Part shown: piece by piece, positions 1-10,895 of the stretch
Layout of the letters: each line of letters opens with the position of its first letter
How positions within the stretch are numbered: the first letter of the stretch is position 1
NCBI GenBank assembly: GCA_963716475.1
Contig: OY970314.1
Location: forward strand, 436,790 to 500,789
Direction: 5' to 3'
DNA length: 64,000 nt
Source: Candidatus Woesebacteria bacterium
GTDB taxonomy: Bacteria > Patescibacteriota > Microgenomatia > UBA8517
The notes under the pieces: model-generated
Told to the model about the DNA's origin: nothing
Databases searched by the model: none
What the model saw: the letters and a program-made list of their open reading frames with translations, nothing else
Position numbers and translations under genes: made by a program

Positions 1-53
1 GCAAAATCGGTAATTTCTTTTTCTCTTAATGTTAGTGTCTGAAAATTCTTCAT
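1..53 (-). CDS. 5' fragment of an unknown gene running off the window edge
   Basis: ATG at 53, open frame MKNFQTLTLREKEITDF to the edge; divergent from the gene at 226. Confidence 0.4.
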   Translation of the reverse strand, partial: MKNFQTLTLREKEITDF

Positions 54-225
54 GATTTTTGCCTTTATAATAAAAACCCTATTCCTGAAAAAATGGTGCC
101 ACAAATCTCAGGCCGGAAGCCCCGATGTTTTTCATTTTCATATTAATGTATAATGTCGTCCTGTTCAGGAGTATTGTATATTATTTTGTTTGCGTAAAAA
201 ACATAAAGATGTCACAATTCGGTGA

Positions 226-969
226 ATGAAAAAAATAGTCATAACAGGCGGGTCGGGAAAACTGGGAAAATCCTTAAAAAAGTTTTTTAACGAAGCTCTT
301 TTTCCGTCCCACCACGAGCTTGATATAACGGACAATAAATCTGTCGCCTCATATTTTAAAAAACACCAAGCTGACATCATAATTCATACGGCAGCCATTA
401 CACACGTCCGGCAGTGTGATGCAAACAGAAATTTCGCATGGAATGTTAACGTTCAGGGAACTGTAAATTTATTAAAAATACTACAAAAACAAAAGAATAA
501 CCCCTACTTTATTTTAATATCGACCCCGTGCATTTTTGACGGAAAATCATCTCCCTTTAACGAAGAAAGTATTCCCGATCCAAAAAATTTTTATGGTTTG
601 ACAAAACTTGCCCAAGAGGTTGCACTGCAATCATCGGGATTAAAAAATTGGCTAATCGTCAGAACAAATTTTATTCCGGAGGTCCCTTGGCCTTATCCTA
701 AAGCTTTCAAGGACAGATTTGGTACATATTTATTCAGCGATGATGTTGCTAAGATCATGAAAGACGTTGTGGAAAAAGGGACCACGGGAATAGTACATAT
801 TGTCGGAGATAGAAAGATATCTATGTACCAACTCGCAAAAATGGTGACACCAAAAATAAAACCAATGACCTTTAAAGATTATAGAGGTCCTGAACTTACC
901 GTGGATATGAGCTTGACCAGCAGAAGGTGGAGAAAATATAGGATCGGGTTCGCTAAAAACGCTATATGA
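226..969 (+). CDS. dTDP-4-dehydrorhamnose reductase (RmlD)-family sugar nucleotide reductase
   Basis: GGSGKLG Rossmann motif, HTAAIT, YGLTK (YxxxK), GIVHIVG. Confidence 0.85.
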   Translation: MKKIVITGGSGKLGKSLKKFFNEALFPSHHELDITDNKSVASYFKKHQADIIIHTAAITHVRQCDANRNFAWNVNVQGTVNLLKILQKQKNNPYFILISTPCIFDGKSSPFNEESIPDPKNFYGLTKLAQEVALQSSGLKNWLIVRTNFIPEVPWPYPKAFKDRFGTYLFSDDVAKIMKDVVEKGTTGIVHIVGDRKISMYQLAKMVTPKIKPMTFKDYRGPELTVDMSLTSRRWRKYRIGFAKNAI

Positions 970-2270
970 ATTCTAAATCAAAACCTTCTGTAAAAAATAA
1001 GGTCGTTGCGGTTATTGGTTTGGGGTACGTTGGATTACCCCTGGCGCTGCTTGCCAAAAAAAGAGGTTATGACGTTATAGGTATTGACATAAATAAAGAT
1101 CGGGTAAAAAAAATTAACAACGGCATTTCTCCTATCACTGATAAAAAAATCGAAAAAGATCTTTCTACAACAAAAATCGTAGCTTCTTACGATTACGGCC
1201 TTGTCCAAAAAGCAAACATTATTATTATATGTGTTCCGACTCCCGTGACCAGCATCAAGAAACCGGATTTTAAACCGCTTATTGATAGCTGCAAAGAAAT
1301 CGGTAAAAAGCTGAAAAAGGAGCAACTGGTAATAGTGGAGTCAACCGTAAACCCCGGATCTATCAAAGAAATTGTGGTCCCGGTATTGGAAAAATATTCA
1401 GGTCTTAGAGTAAACAAAGACTTCCGTGTTTCCCATTGTCCTGAAAGAATTGACCCGGGAAACAGCAGGTGGAATGTCGAAAATATCCCAAGAGTTATAG
1501 GAAGCCTCAATAAAGTAGGGTTAACACAAACCAAAAAGTTCTATAAATCAATATTAAACGCACCTTTAAAATCAATGAGTACTATCGAGGAAGCCGAAGC
1601 CGTAAAAATATTTGAGAACAGCTTCAGAGATGTAAATATTGCCTTCGTTAACGAATTTGCAATGTCTTTCAATAAATTCGGCGTTAATATTTTAAATGTT
1701 ATTGATGGTGCTTCAACAAAACCGTTTTCGTTTCTTCCCCACTACCCCGGTTGCGGTGTTGGGGGCCACTGCATACCGGTCGATCCTTATTACATGATCG
1801 ACTACGCGAAAAATAATGGCTTTAATTATGAGCTTCTGGCACTAGCCAGGAAAATTAACAATAATATGCCAAAATTTACCGTGGATTTGACAGTCGACGC
1901 ACTCAAAAAAAATAAAATAAAAATCCGAAAGGCCATTGTTGCGGTTCTGGGACTATCATATAAAAAGGGTATTGCCGATACGCGGGAAACTCCTGCTTTC
2001 GTTATCATTGATCTCCTGAAAAAAAGAGGGATAAAAGTAAAATCATACGATCCTAAAGTGAAAATAAAATCTTCCTCTAAAACATTAACAGATAGCCTGT
2101 ATGGCGCTAACGCCGTCGTTATTGCTACCGATCATGATGAATTCCTGTCCCTGAAACCTAAATATTTTTTGAGTAAAGGAATAAAAATAATAATTGACGG
2201 AAGGAACTGCCTTAAAAGGGAAGAGTTTATTAAATCGGGAATTTATTACCGGGGAATTGGAGTAATTTAA
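966..2270 (+). CDS. UDP-N-acetylhexosamine 6-dehydrogenase (WecC/WbpA/TviB family)
   Basis: GLGYVG, ICVPTP, ESTVNPG, PERIDPG, GVGGHCIPVDP, DTRETP. Confidence 0.92.
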   Translation: MNSKSKPSVKNKVVAVIGLGYVGLPLALLAKKRGYDVIGIDINKDRVKKINNGISPITDKKIEKDLSTTKIVASYDYGLVQKANIIIICVPTPVTSIKKPDFKPLIDSCKEIGKKLKKEQLVIVESTVNPGSIKEIVVPVLEKYSGLRVNKDFRVSHCPERIDPGNSRWNVENIPRVIGSLNKVGLTQTKKFYKSILNAPLKSMSTIEEAEAVKIFENSFRDVNIAFVNEFAMSFNKFGVNILNVIDGASTKPFSFLPHYPGCGVGGHCIPVDPYYMIDYAKNNGFNYELLALARKINNNMPKFTVDLTVDALKKNKIKIRKAIVAVLGLSYKKGIADTRETPAFVIIDLLKKRGIKVKSYDPKVKIKSSSKTLTDSLYGANAVVIATDHDEFLSLKPKYFLSKGIKIIIDGRNCLKREEFIKSGIYYRGIGVI

Positions 2271-2271
2271 A

Positions 2272-3213
2272 TTGCCAAACAAAAAAACAATCAGAGCCAA
2301 GTCGAATATTCTCATAACGGGTGGTTCCGGGTTTATCGGCATACATCTGATTAAGTATCTTCAAAAACATGGTCACAAAGATATAACTGTTATTGATCTC
2401 ATCTCCCCGAAAGTCAAAGGCATTAAATTTATAAAAAGCGATTTCAATAAGTTAAATATCAAAGCAAAAGCCCTTAAAAATATTGATTACGTCTTCCATT
2501 TCGCAGCCATAGTGGGTGTCGATAAAAGCCGGTTAAGTCCAAAATCAGTTATTCGGATAAATAACGTAAATACGAAGAAATTTATCGACTTGTGTGTAAA
2601 AATGGGTGTTAAGAGATTCATATTCAGTTCCTCTTCCGAAGTTTACGGAAATTCGAAAAATATCCCGTTTAAGGAAAATTCAAAACTACATCCCATTTCC
2701 GAATACGCAAAAAGCAAAATTGAAGTGGAGAAGTATCTTAAGAAATATCAAAACAAATTTAAAAATGGTGTCGGTATCGTAAGGTTTTTCAATGTTTACG
2801 GACCGGGTCAGAGAAAAGATTTCGTAATCAGCAAATTTATAGATAACGCAAGATCCGGAAAAGCCATTAAAATCCTCGGGGACGGGAATCAAACTCGGTG
2901 CTTTACTTATGTAGCCGATGCCATCGAGGGTCTTTACCGCGTATTCAAATACAACAAAAGTCGATATGAAATATTTAATATCGGTAGTAATCAGGAACAT
3001 ACAGTCAACGAATTGCCAAAAATTATTTTGAAAAATTTTCCCGGGTCTAAATCAAAGATCGTGCATGTTGGATATGGAAATGGTCAAAGGGGTTGCGACT
3101 TAGAGATCATACGGCGTGTTCCTGCAGTTTACAAAGCATTTAAATTACTGGGATTCACCGCAAAAACTACATTAAAAAGTGGAGTAAAACAATTTGTTGA
3201 AAATTCATCATAA
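2272..3213 (+). CDS. NAD-dependent sugar epimerase/dehydratase
   Basis: TGGSGFIG, SSSEVYG, YAKSK, RFFNVYGPGQ. Confidence 0.9.
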   Translation: MPNKKTIRAKSNILITGGSGFIGIHLIKYLQKHGHKDITVIDLISPKVKGIKFIKSDFNKLNIKAKALKNIDYVFHFAAIVGVDKSRLSPKSVIRINNVNTKKFIDLCVKMGVKRFIFSSSSEVYGNSKNIPFKENSKLHPISEYAKSKIEVEKYLKKYQNKFKNGVGIVRFFNVYGPGQRKDFVISKFIDNARSGKAIKILGDGNQTRCFTYVADAIEGLYRVFKYNKSRYEIFNIGSNQEHTVNELPKIILKNFPGSKSKIVHVGYGNGQRGCDLEIIRRVPAVYKAFKLLGFTAKTTLKSGVKQFVENSS

Positions 3214-5466
3214 TCGTGTCTTAAACACGTAAACATTATTCTCCGAAAATATTTGGGTTCCATACGTCATTTTATAATTATCCGTCCCTTCGACTATCAA
3301 GTAGTGTATCTTGGAGTTACCGTCAATTAAAGCTCCCCGAACCGTTAAAAGGTAAATGTAGTTATCGGCAAAATTATTTTCAAACTGGTCATTTGTACCG
3401 ATTCTGCTCAGAGAAAAAGGCATCCCTTTAGAATCACCCAGAATTACATCGGTAATTTTTAGTTGTGTTGAATAGGGAACCAGGCCTATTTTGTAATCTA
3501 TAGGAGGTGCCTCCTGAAAATACCAATTGGTTTTAATTAGCCCGTAAATTCCGATAGTACCTAGTGCCAAAGTACAAACTATAAGGGTTAGCCTTTTCTT
3601 AAATAATTTGTCAAGGATATACGCAACCAAAATCATAGGAATGGGGAAAATTACCAAATAGTAATGTCCTGGGGGGTTTCCGTGAATAAAAAGACCGATA
3701 TAACTTACCAGTAAATTTATTATTAAAAGGTAAAACGGCATTTCCTTATCTCTGTTTTTGAATAATTTACTGACCAAATAAACAGAACTAATTGCTACCA
3801 GAATAAATAAAATAAGAGATATCGTTCCTTCGTATCCTACCAATGAGTCGGAGAAGAACTTATAAATCGAATAAAAATTCTCTGATAATATAGCCGTATT
3901 TACGGTATTTTTTTGATATACACCAAAAAATCCTAAAATACGGTACGGGATCCAACTCAACAGTTGTATCGTGATATTAAACTTATCTGAAATTTCGTAA
4001 ATAAAAAAGGTAATATTGGGAATTAAAAATCCCAAAACAAAATGTAATATGTATTTGAACTTTGGTTTAACCCGGTAAAAAAGAAAACAAACAACCAACG
4101 CAGGGATCAAGAGGAGGGGGCTGGGGAAAAAACTCATTGTCAAACCCAAAACAATTCCTAACTTAAATAAACTCTTACCCTCATCCTTTATCGAATCCCT
4201 TAAATACAAGAGATAAGGTAAAAATAAAATTGCGACAACTGGATTGTAACGGGAGTTTCTTGTTTGTAATATCCATGCGGGAGAAACCGCCACCAAAAAA
4301 GATGAGATTAAGGCAATGTTTTGATTAAATAATTTTTTAACATAATAGTAGCAAACCAAAATCGACAGCGCCCCCACTACTCCCCAAAAAACATTGATTA
4401 CGATAGGATTGTAATTCCAAATTAACAGTAGAATTATGTAAATCCAGTATGCAATCGGGGGTATGAAAAACCATTCGTGAGAAGTCCTGGGTCCTATTAG
4501 AAACGTCCGCGTACCGTGGATTATGTTCCAGACATTCGTATAGTCGGTTCCCACCTCTCCACCATAAAGAATGTTTGGATAAAATCTGTAAAATCTTAGA
4601 ATTGTAGCAAGCGCCAGAATACCCAAGAGTACTAATGTGTATTTGGAAAATCTAGCAAAACTTTCTACCAATAAAGCAGACAAAATTCCGTAATGCTTTT
4701 TAAAATATAGAAATCTGCTTTTTCTATTTATTGCTTTTGCCTCCGGTGATTCCTTAGGGGTTCCTTTAGATTCAAGATGAAGCGCCTCAGATCCTGCATT
4801 AAAATACAATTTCCAGCCTTTTTTATCAAGTCTTTTAGAAACATCGTTTTCTTCAAAATAAAGAAAAAGGTCTTTATCGAAACTCCCCATATCTTCATAG
4901 GCATTTCTTCTCATCATGAATGCCGCCAGTTGTACAACATCAACCCTTCTGGATGTATTTCTATCCCAATCACTCATCAGATGACGCTTAACAATATAGT
5001 TATTTGGAAACATTTTGTTTATAAATGACAAATAAAAAACGCCTCTCAAGGGTGTCAATTCGAGTGTTGTGCTTAAATAGGGTTTACCTGATACGTTTTT
5101 TATTCTCGGGGAAACAATGGCAATCTTTTTATTTTTTTGTAGAACTTTATAAGCATGACTTAATACTTTGTCATTAATCAAGATATCTGAGTCAATAGAA
5201 AATATATATTCGCCTTTAGTCTTATTAAACCCCAAATTATGACCCCCAGACCATCCTAGGTTTTTAGAGGTAGGTATATATTTTATCCAAGGGTATTTAC
5301 GAAGAATCCTATTCTTTTCGAGTTTTTCTTCATTGTTATCGACTAATATAACCTCAGCCAGTTTGAATTTCGTTTTAGCTTTTGCAAGCGAATCCAAACA
5401 TTTGAAGACTTCGTTTCCGTGTCCGTAGTGAACAACAACAACCGAAATTTTATTATTTTTCTGCAT
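3208..5466 (-). CDS. Fusion of GT2 glycosyltransferase and multi-TM GT-C (ArnT/PMT-like) glycosyltransferase
   Basis: N-terminal ~270 aa GT2 (VDN, DSD, FLYFEEND); C-terminal ~480 aa with many TM helices, LIGP, AVSP. Confidence 0.8.
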   Translation of the reverse strand: MQKNNKISVVVVHYGHGNEVFKCLDSLAKAKTKFKLAEVILVDNNEEKLEKNRILRKYPWIKYIPTSKNLGWSGGHNLGFNKTKGEYIFSIDSDILINDKVLSHAYKVLQKNKKIAIVSPRIKNVSGKPYLSTTLELTPLRGVFYLSFINKMFPNNYIVKRHLMSDWDRNTSRRVDVVQLAAFMMRRNAYEDMGSFDKDLFLYFEENDVSKRLDKKGWKLYFNAGSEALHLESKGTPKESPEAKAINRKSRFLYFKKHYGILSALLVESFARFSKYTLVLLGILALATILRFYRFYPNILYGGEVGTDYTNVWNIIHGTRTFLIGPRTSHEWFFIPPIAYWIYIILLLIWNYNPIVINVFWGVVGALSILVCYYYVKKLFNQNIALISSFLVAVSPAWILQTRNSRYNPVVAILFLPYLLYLRDSIKDEGKSLFKLGIVLGLTMSFFPSPLLLIPALVVCFLFYRVKPKFKYILHFVLGFLIPNITFFIYEISDKFNITIQLLSWIPYRILGFFGVYQKNTVNTAILSENFYSIYKFFSDSLVGYEGTISLILFILVAISSVYLVSKLFKNRDKEMPFYLLIINLLVSYIGLFIHGNPPGHYYLVIFPIPMILVAYILDKLFKKRLTLIVCTLALGTIGIYGLIKTNWYFQEAPPIDYKIGLVPYSTQLKITDVILGDSKGMPFSLSRIGTNDQFENNFADNYIYLLTVRGALIDGNSKIHYLIVEGTDNYKMTYGTQIFSENNVYVFKTRL

Positions 5467-5533
5467 ATATACGCGAAGTTTATCACAGCTTCATTTATTA
5501 CAATAATGTTTAAGTGGTAGAATACTTTGTTAT

Positions 5534-6367
5534 ATGGAAATTAACCAAAAATTGCCTCAAATCTATTTAGATCTATTAAAGAAAAGTCTGACAAGATATG
5601 TCTTTGATGATGGGTATCTCAGTCTCTACTTCAGAAATCATGGAAGGTTTAAACACCTACTATATCGAACCATCGGGAAAGTATTAGATCCGTTCTCGCT
5701 AGAACTTGTTAAACATAACCAGTTTAATCCAAAGGTACGTGAGCTTGGTAAAGACTGGCCAGCAACGGCTGATACCATGATCGGTTTGGTTGGCCTCAAT
5801 AATATTCAAGAATGTGTTGTAAATATCCTAAAAAAAGATATTCCGGGAGATTTAATAGAAACGGGTGTCTGGAGAGGTGGAGCAACGATTTTCATGCGCG
5901 GTATATTGAAAACTTACAATATTAGGGATCGCAAAGTATGGGTCGCTGATTCATTTGCTGGTTTACCTAAACCATCGAATGATCGTTTTAAAGAGGATAT
6001 GATAGACCATCTGGACACTTACCCCCAACTAAGAGTTTCTTTAAAAGAAGTTAAAATAAATTTTTCAAAATACGGATTACTCGATAACCAAGTCAAATTT
6101 CTTGTTGGTTGGTTTAAAGACACTCTTCCAAAAGCTCAAATTAAGCACCTGTCTTTGCTACGTTTAGATGGTGACATGTATGAATCCACCATGGTTGCTT
6201 TAAAAGCTTTATATCCAAAACTTTCAATTGGGGGTTATGTAATTATTGACGATTACTGCCTTCCTCAATGTAAAACTGCCACTAACGACTATAGACGGTT
6301 AATGAAAATCAAAGATCCAGTTCACGCTATCGGTAACACGGGTATCTTTTGGAGGAGAACAAGATAA
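5534..6367 (+). CDS. TylF/MycF/NovP-family sugar O-methyltransferase
   Basis: TMIG, PGDLIETGVWRGG, DSFAGLP, GWFKDTLP, LRLDGDMYEST, IIDDY. Confidence 0.93.
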   Translation: MEINQKLPQIYLDLLKKSLTRYVFDDGYLSLYFRNHGRFKHLLYRTIGKVLDPFSLELVKHNQFNPKVRELGKDWPATADTMIGLVGLNNIQECVVNILKKDIPGDLIETGVWRGGATIFMRGILKTYNIRDRKVWVADSFAGLPKPSNDRFKEDMIDHLDTYPQLRVSLKEVKINFSKYGLLDNQVKFLVGWFKDTLPKAQIKHLSLLRLDGDMYESTMVALKALYPKLSIGGYVIIDDYCLPQCKTATNDYRRLMKIKDPVHAIGNTGIFWRRTR

Positions 6368-6391
6368 TTAAAACACTTTTGTAGTCTCCCT

Positions 6392-7663
6392 CTATTTTGA
6401 AAGAATCGGGTTTGGTAGAGGAATAATAAACCTTCCTCCTTTCTTTAAGTAATCTTTTTCCTTTTCTATAATGCTGTCTTTGTAATCCCAAGCAAAGATG
6501 AGGGTGTTTCTTATGGTATCTTTTCTGAATACGTACGGAGAAACTATTGGTATATGCGTTCCCGGGGTATATTTACCTTGTCTTTCCGGTGAATCATCCA
6601 CTATATAATCCAACATATTATTATCGATTCCACAGAAATTCGATAATGTGTTTGCTCGTCCACCTGCACCGTAACCTGCGATTCTTTGATTGCTTCTTTT
6701 TATATTAAGAAGAAGTTTCCTAAGTTCTAGTTTATGTTTGTAAACCTTTTTAGAAAAATCCCTCAAATAACTTTCTTTAAATATTTCGGACTTGGTTTCA
6801 CTTTTAATCAGTTCCACAACCCTTTTGTTAACCTTCCTAGAATGGTGGTTCTTAAATTTTACAAAGATTCTAATGGTACCTGAATGGATCGGAATTCTTT
6901 TAACATCAAATATTTCAAGATCGTATTTACTTAAAAACGGAACTAACGAATACAAACTGTAATAACTCAAATGTTCACCGTAGAAAAAATCGTATTGCAT
7001 TTTTTCCAATAAATCTGCCAGATAATGCACTTCAAAAACCAATATCCCTTTTGGATTAAGAAGCTTAATAATACCTTTGAAAACATTATTCATATCGTCA
7101 ATATGGGCTAAAACATTATTTGCCAAAATCATATCTGCTTTCCCATATTCCTTTACAATATTTTTTGCAGTTTTATCTCCAAAATAATCAACAATTGTTT
7201 TAACTCCCTTCTTTTCTGCTACTTTTGCAATATTTCTTGCGGGATCAACACCCAATACTTTATATCCCATTTTTTTTAAGGGTAACAGCAAGACCCCGTC
7301 ATTACTGCCTATTTCTACAATGAATGATTTTTTCTTGAGAAATCTCTTTTTCATTTCATTTGCATATTTTTGGAAATAACCCGATAGGCTAACCGAAGAA
7401 AGATAAAAATACTTTTCAAATAAAACCTTTTGGGGAATAAGATCTAAATTTTGTACAAGTCCACATTTTCTACAAAAGTATATTCTTAATGGATAAAAAT
7501 ACTCTTGGCCCAATTCTTTTTCAGTAAGGTAGTTACCCGCATGGGGCATGTACCCGAGATCCAATAACTTTACTAATTTCTTGCTTTCACAAAATCTACA
7601 CGACTTTCTTATTTTAAATTTACCAAGTCTAATTTTCCTTTTCATTTCAGTGTAGTTTATCAA
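6392..7663 (-). CDS. NDP-sugar C-methyltransferase (NovU/TylC3/EryBIII family)
   Basis: Zn motif CRFC...CRKC, EIGSNDG, NNVLAH, YGEHLSYY, HSGTIR, GYGA, YTPGTHIPI; alternative ATG at 7645. Confidence 0.9.
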   Translation of the reverse strand: MINYTEMKRKIRLGKFKIRKSCRFCESKKLVKLLDLGYMPHAGNYLTEKELGQEYFYPLRIYFCRKCGLVQNLDLIPQKVLFEKYFYLSSVSLSGYFQKYANEMKKRFLKKKSFIVEIGSNDGVLLLPLKKMGYKVLGVDPARNIAKVAEKKGVKTIVDYFGDKTAKNIVKEYGKADMILANNVLAHIDDMNNVFKGIIKLLNPKGILVFEVHYLADLLEKMQYDFFYGEHLSYYSLYSLVPFLSKYDLEIFDVKRIPIHSGTIRIFVKFKNHHSRKVNKRVVELIKSETKSEIFKESYLRDFSKKVYKHKLELRKLLLNIKRSNQRIAGYGAGGRANTLSNFCGIDNNMLDYIVDDSPERQGKYTPGTHIPIVSPYVFRKDTIRNTLIFAWDYKDSIIEKEKDYLKKGGRFIIPLPNPILSK

Positions 7664-7709
7664 AAAAGTACATATGTTATCACAGATCTAAAACAACCCG
7701 TGAAAAGCG

Positions 7710-8723
7710 TTAAGAAAGGATCTTTTCTTTTTTAAGGAGAATCCTGATATCGCCTTTTGACATTAAGGGGGTCGTGTCCGATGAATACCTAAATTCCTTA
7801 ATCTTGTAATTCAGAGTTTTGTAAGAAAAGCCCTGCTTTCCCGTTTCTATTTGGGGAAGGACTACGTAATGGTCTTTCTTTTTTATTGTTTTAAGTGACT
7901 CCATCGGCGATATCAGTGTTTCGTGAAGCTTTTCTCCTGGCCTGATACCTATTTCAATAATCTTTCTATTCTTAGCCTTCGAATTTTCTATCATCACCTC
8001 CGCAAGATCGTAAATTTTAAGAGGTCTGATCATGGGTATGAATATTTCCCCACCTTTCATTTTATTTAGAGCCGTGAACACCAATTGTGTTGCACTTTTT
8101 AGAGTTAAAACAAAACGAGTCATGTTTTTATCGGTTACAGTAAGATAACCGCCTTCCGAAATTTGCTTTTTAAATAATGGAATTATAGAACCACGTGATT
8201 CAAGAACGTTTCCATATCTAACCGATGCAAACCTTGTTTTTTTGGACCCTGTTTGGTTATTTGCTAAAGTAAATATTCTCTCCTGTATTCCCTTAGTCAT
8301 TCCCATAACGTTAATTGGCTCTACAGCTTTATCGGTACTAATTGATAAAACTTTGGATGCACCTACCCAAATAGCTGCATCAACTACATTTTGAGCACCT
8401 AAAATATTCGTCCTTACTGCTTCGAGAACATTGTATTCGGTAGATGGAATTTGTTTTAAAGCGGCCGCATGAATTATATAATCCACACCTCCAACCATAG
8501 CTTTTTTCAAAGAGGAGAGATCACGTACATCTCCAATCACAAACCTCAATTTATCTTTATATGCTTTCAGTTCGAATTGTAAAGAATACTGTCTGTCTTC
8601 GTCCCTGGAGTAAACAACGACCTGCTGGGGTCTCTCCTTTAGAATCTCTTTAACAAAAAAGGATCCGAATGATCCTGTACCTCCCGTAATTAATATTTTT
8701 TTATTCTTAAAGATGTTGTTCAT
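7710..8723 (-). CDS. UDP-GlcNAc 4,6-dehydratase/epimerase (FnlA/PseB/CapD family)
   Basis: TGGTGSFG, SRDE, HAAALKQIP, STDKAVEPINVMGMTK, RYGNV, RPGEKLHE. Confidence 0.9.
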   Translation of the reverse strand: MNNIFKNKKILITGGTGSFGSFFVKEILKERPQQVVVYSRDEDRQYSLQFELKAYKDKLRFVIGDVRDLSSLKKAMVGGVDYIIHAAALKQIPSTEYNVLEAVRTNILGAQNVVDAAIWVGASKVLSISTDKAVEPINVMGMTKGIQERIFTLANNQTGSKKTRFASVRYGNVLESRGSIIPLFKKQISEGGYLTVTDKNMTRFVLTLKSATQLVFTALNKMKGGEIFIPMIRPLKIYDLAEVMIENSKAKNRKIIEIGIRPGEKLHETLISPMESLKTIKKKDHYVVLPQIETGKQGFSYKTLNYKIKEFRYSSDTTPLMSKGDIRILLKKEKILS

Positions 8724-8724
8724 T

Positions 8725-9951
8725 CTACCCTTTTTCACCCAGAGTCTTTCCGACGTAGTATACAGTGAAGGGCAGAGATACTACTGTACCGATAATGGCC
8801 GCCAATCCGGCCCCAATGATACCATAACTTCTCACCAAAGGCACGATTGTTATTAAAAGTCCAATTGTGCTTATTATTACAACTATTGTGGCATATTTCT
8901 GTTTGACCCGAGCCACGAGCAAAGATGATGATGACGTGGCTATCCCTCTTGTTACCCCTAGAATAGTTAATAGCTTGACAATAGGAACGGCCATTTCCCA
9001 TCCTTTTCCAAGTAATATTTCAACGATTGGTGTTGCAAAAACAAAGATAAAAACTCCAGAGCAAATCATAAGCACGGATGTTACTAAAAAATTCTTAATA
9101 AATGCTCGTTTAAGTCTTGATACATCATCCGAAATCTTTGAAAAAATAACAAACGTGACACTAAAAAAGACACCACCCACCTCGGTTAATGGAGCTGTGG
9201 ATATTTTATAAGCGTTTGAATATATTCCAAGCGGTGCCACCCCAAGCATTCTGCCAACTATTATGTTGTCGCTAGTTGTATAAATATAATCAAAGATACC
9301 GTATAAAGTAATCCATTTCCCCCGGTTTATAATTCTTTTCAACTTATCGACCTCGTAAGAAAATTTTGGTTTAGGACCGACAACTAGAAAGGTATAAATA
9401 ACCTCATACAATGCTCCACCAATGAGCCCCAACACTAATCCTAGGGGTGATTTGGTAATATACGCTCCGAAGACTGATAACAATGACTCTACAAAAAATA
9501 CCGAGGTGTTATAGAAATATTGTTTTTCAAACCGTAATTCTTTTTGAAACCTGATGACAGATGGATTTATAAAGCCTCGTATTAAGGGAACTGCTGCAAC
9601 AAAATAGAGAAGAATTCTAGCATCGGGGGAATTGAAAAATTTTGAAACAAATCCTGAAGTAACTGCTATAAGTAATGATATTAAAACACCTCTGACTATG
9701 GAAACAACCCATGCAGTATTAACATATTCTTCTAAATTGTCCCTTTCCTGAACTAAAAATATATTTATCCCTGTCTCTGTAATAATTTCCAAAAACCCTA
9801 ACGATATAGTAGCTATTGCATATATACCAAGATTAAAAGGTGACAATAGATGGGCAATAATCGCAATTCGTACAATACCAAGAATCCGATAAGAGACTCT
9901 AAATGCCCCCATCCACGTCACCCCTTTTATTGCGTCTTTTAAATACCCCAT
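8725..9951 (-). CDS. Wzx-type polysaccharide flippase
   Basis: ~12 TM helices; DNIIVGRMLG..LGIY motif of the MOP/Wzx family. Confidence 0.85.
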   Translation of the reverse strand: MGYLKDAIKGVTWMGAFRVSYRILGIVRIAIIAHLLSPFNLGIYAIATISLGFLEIITETGINIFLVQERDNLEEYVNTAWVVSIVRGVLISLLIAVTSGFVSKFFNSPDARILLYFVAAVPLIRGFINPSVIRFQKELRFEKQYFYNTSVFFVESLLSVFGAYITKSPLGLVLGLIGGALYEVIYTFLVVGPKPKFSYEVDKLKRIINRGKWITLYGIFDYIYTTSDNIIVGRMLGVAPLGIYSNAYKISTAPLTEVGGVFFSVTFVIFSKISDDVSRLKRAFIKNFLVTSVLMICSGVFIFVFATPIVEILLGKGWEMAVPIVKLLTILGVTRGIATSSSSLLVARVKQKYATIVVIISTIGLLITIVPLVRSYGIIGAGLAAIIGTVVSLPFTVYYVGKTLGEKG

Positions 9952-10895
9952 TACCCGCTAAGTATACCTGATAGGAATCCTCCAATCACGGCCATATCTG
10001 AAGTTATTTGAATAATCGGTCCCCAAAGTGCCACTTTCCAGTCCCCAAATTCCAAAAAAACTTTTCTGTATGCCCAAATTAAATACAACAAAAATAATAC
10101 TATCAAAGCGGGGAGTAAGACATGATATTTAAACGATAAAACTAATATAGTCAGGCCTAAAACATACCTAAACATGATAAATAATGCCTTAATATTGTGC
10201 GACTCAAGACCTTTTCCCGGAAATAACCAAATTTTTGTCAAAGCATCTCCTCTTGCATAGCCAAACACTTTATTAAAAAACTCGCTTAGCTTATCCGGCA
10301 TCCCCCACTCTACCGTTGCATCTTTCACGCGTGAAATCTTTGCGCCAGTTTTTATTAGTTTCTTATTAAACATCGTATCCTCCACGGTTCCCTCTAAATT
10401 TTCGGGAAATCCCCCAAGTTCTTCCCAAATCTTTTTTGTAAATGCAAGTGAACGGGATGATGGCAGAAATCTATTGTTAAACTTTCCGGGTCTAACACCT
10501 AAATATACTGATTCTGCTTTTTGAAGCGCAGAGCCACCTGTCATTCTGTAAAAACCGGCAGAAACATCAACTCTTCCTGTTAAAAATGGAGCAGTAATTT
10601 TCTTTAACCAGTTTTTATCGGCGACACATCCCGCGTCCGTCGTGGCAATAACGTCTCCCTCCGCTATATCTACACCTATATTTCTGCCTTGCGCCCGCGT
10701 GCTTTTTTCAACCAGAAGTTTGATGCCGCCGTATTTCTTTTGATAATGGTGAATTATTTCAATGGTTTTATCCTTTGACCCGCCATCCACAATAATAATC
10801 TCTTTCGCCTTCTTGGATTGATTAAGTAAAGAGTCCAATAGAGAGGCTATTACTCCCTCTTCATTTAACGTGATTATACAAATTGAGATATTCAT
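9951..10895 (-). CDS. Glycosyltransferase family 2
   Basis: VDGGSKD, GRNIG, TDAG, VED; C-terminal TM helices. Confidence 0.9.
   Translation of the reverse strand: MNISICIITLNEEGVIASLLDSLLNQSKKAKEIIIVDGGSKDKTIEIIHHYQKKYGGIKLLVEKSTRAQGRNIGVDIAEGDVIATTDAGCVADKNWLKKITAPFLTGRVDVSAGFYRMTGGSALQKAESVYLGVRPGKFNNRFLPSSRSLAFTKKIWEELGGFPENLEGTVEDTMFNKKLIKTGAKISRVKDATVEWGMPDKLSEFFNKVFGYARGDALTKIWLFPGKGLESHNIKALFIMFRYVLGLTILVLSFKYHVLLPALIVLFLLYLIWAYRKVFLEFGDWKVALWGPIIQITSDMAVIGGFLSGILSG

Noticed and set aside
79-141. 20-aa minus-strand leader peptide MKMKNIGASGLRFVAPFFQE with weak hairpin
   Set aside because: No amino-acid run or clear terminator/antiterminator; the downstream gene is cut off, so it cannot be assessed
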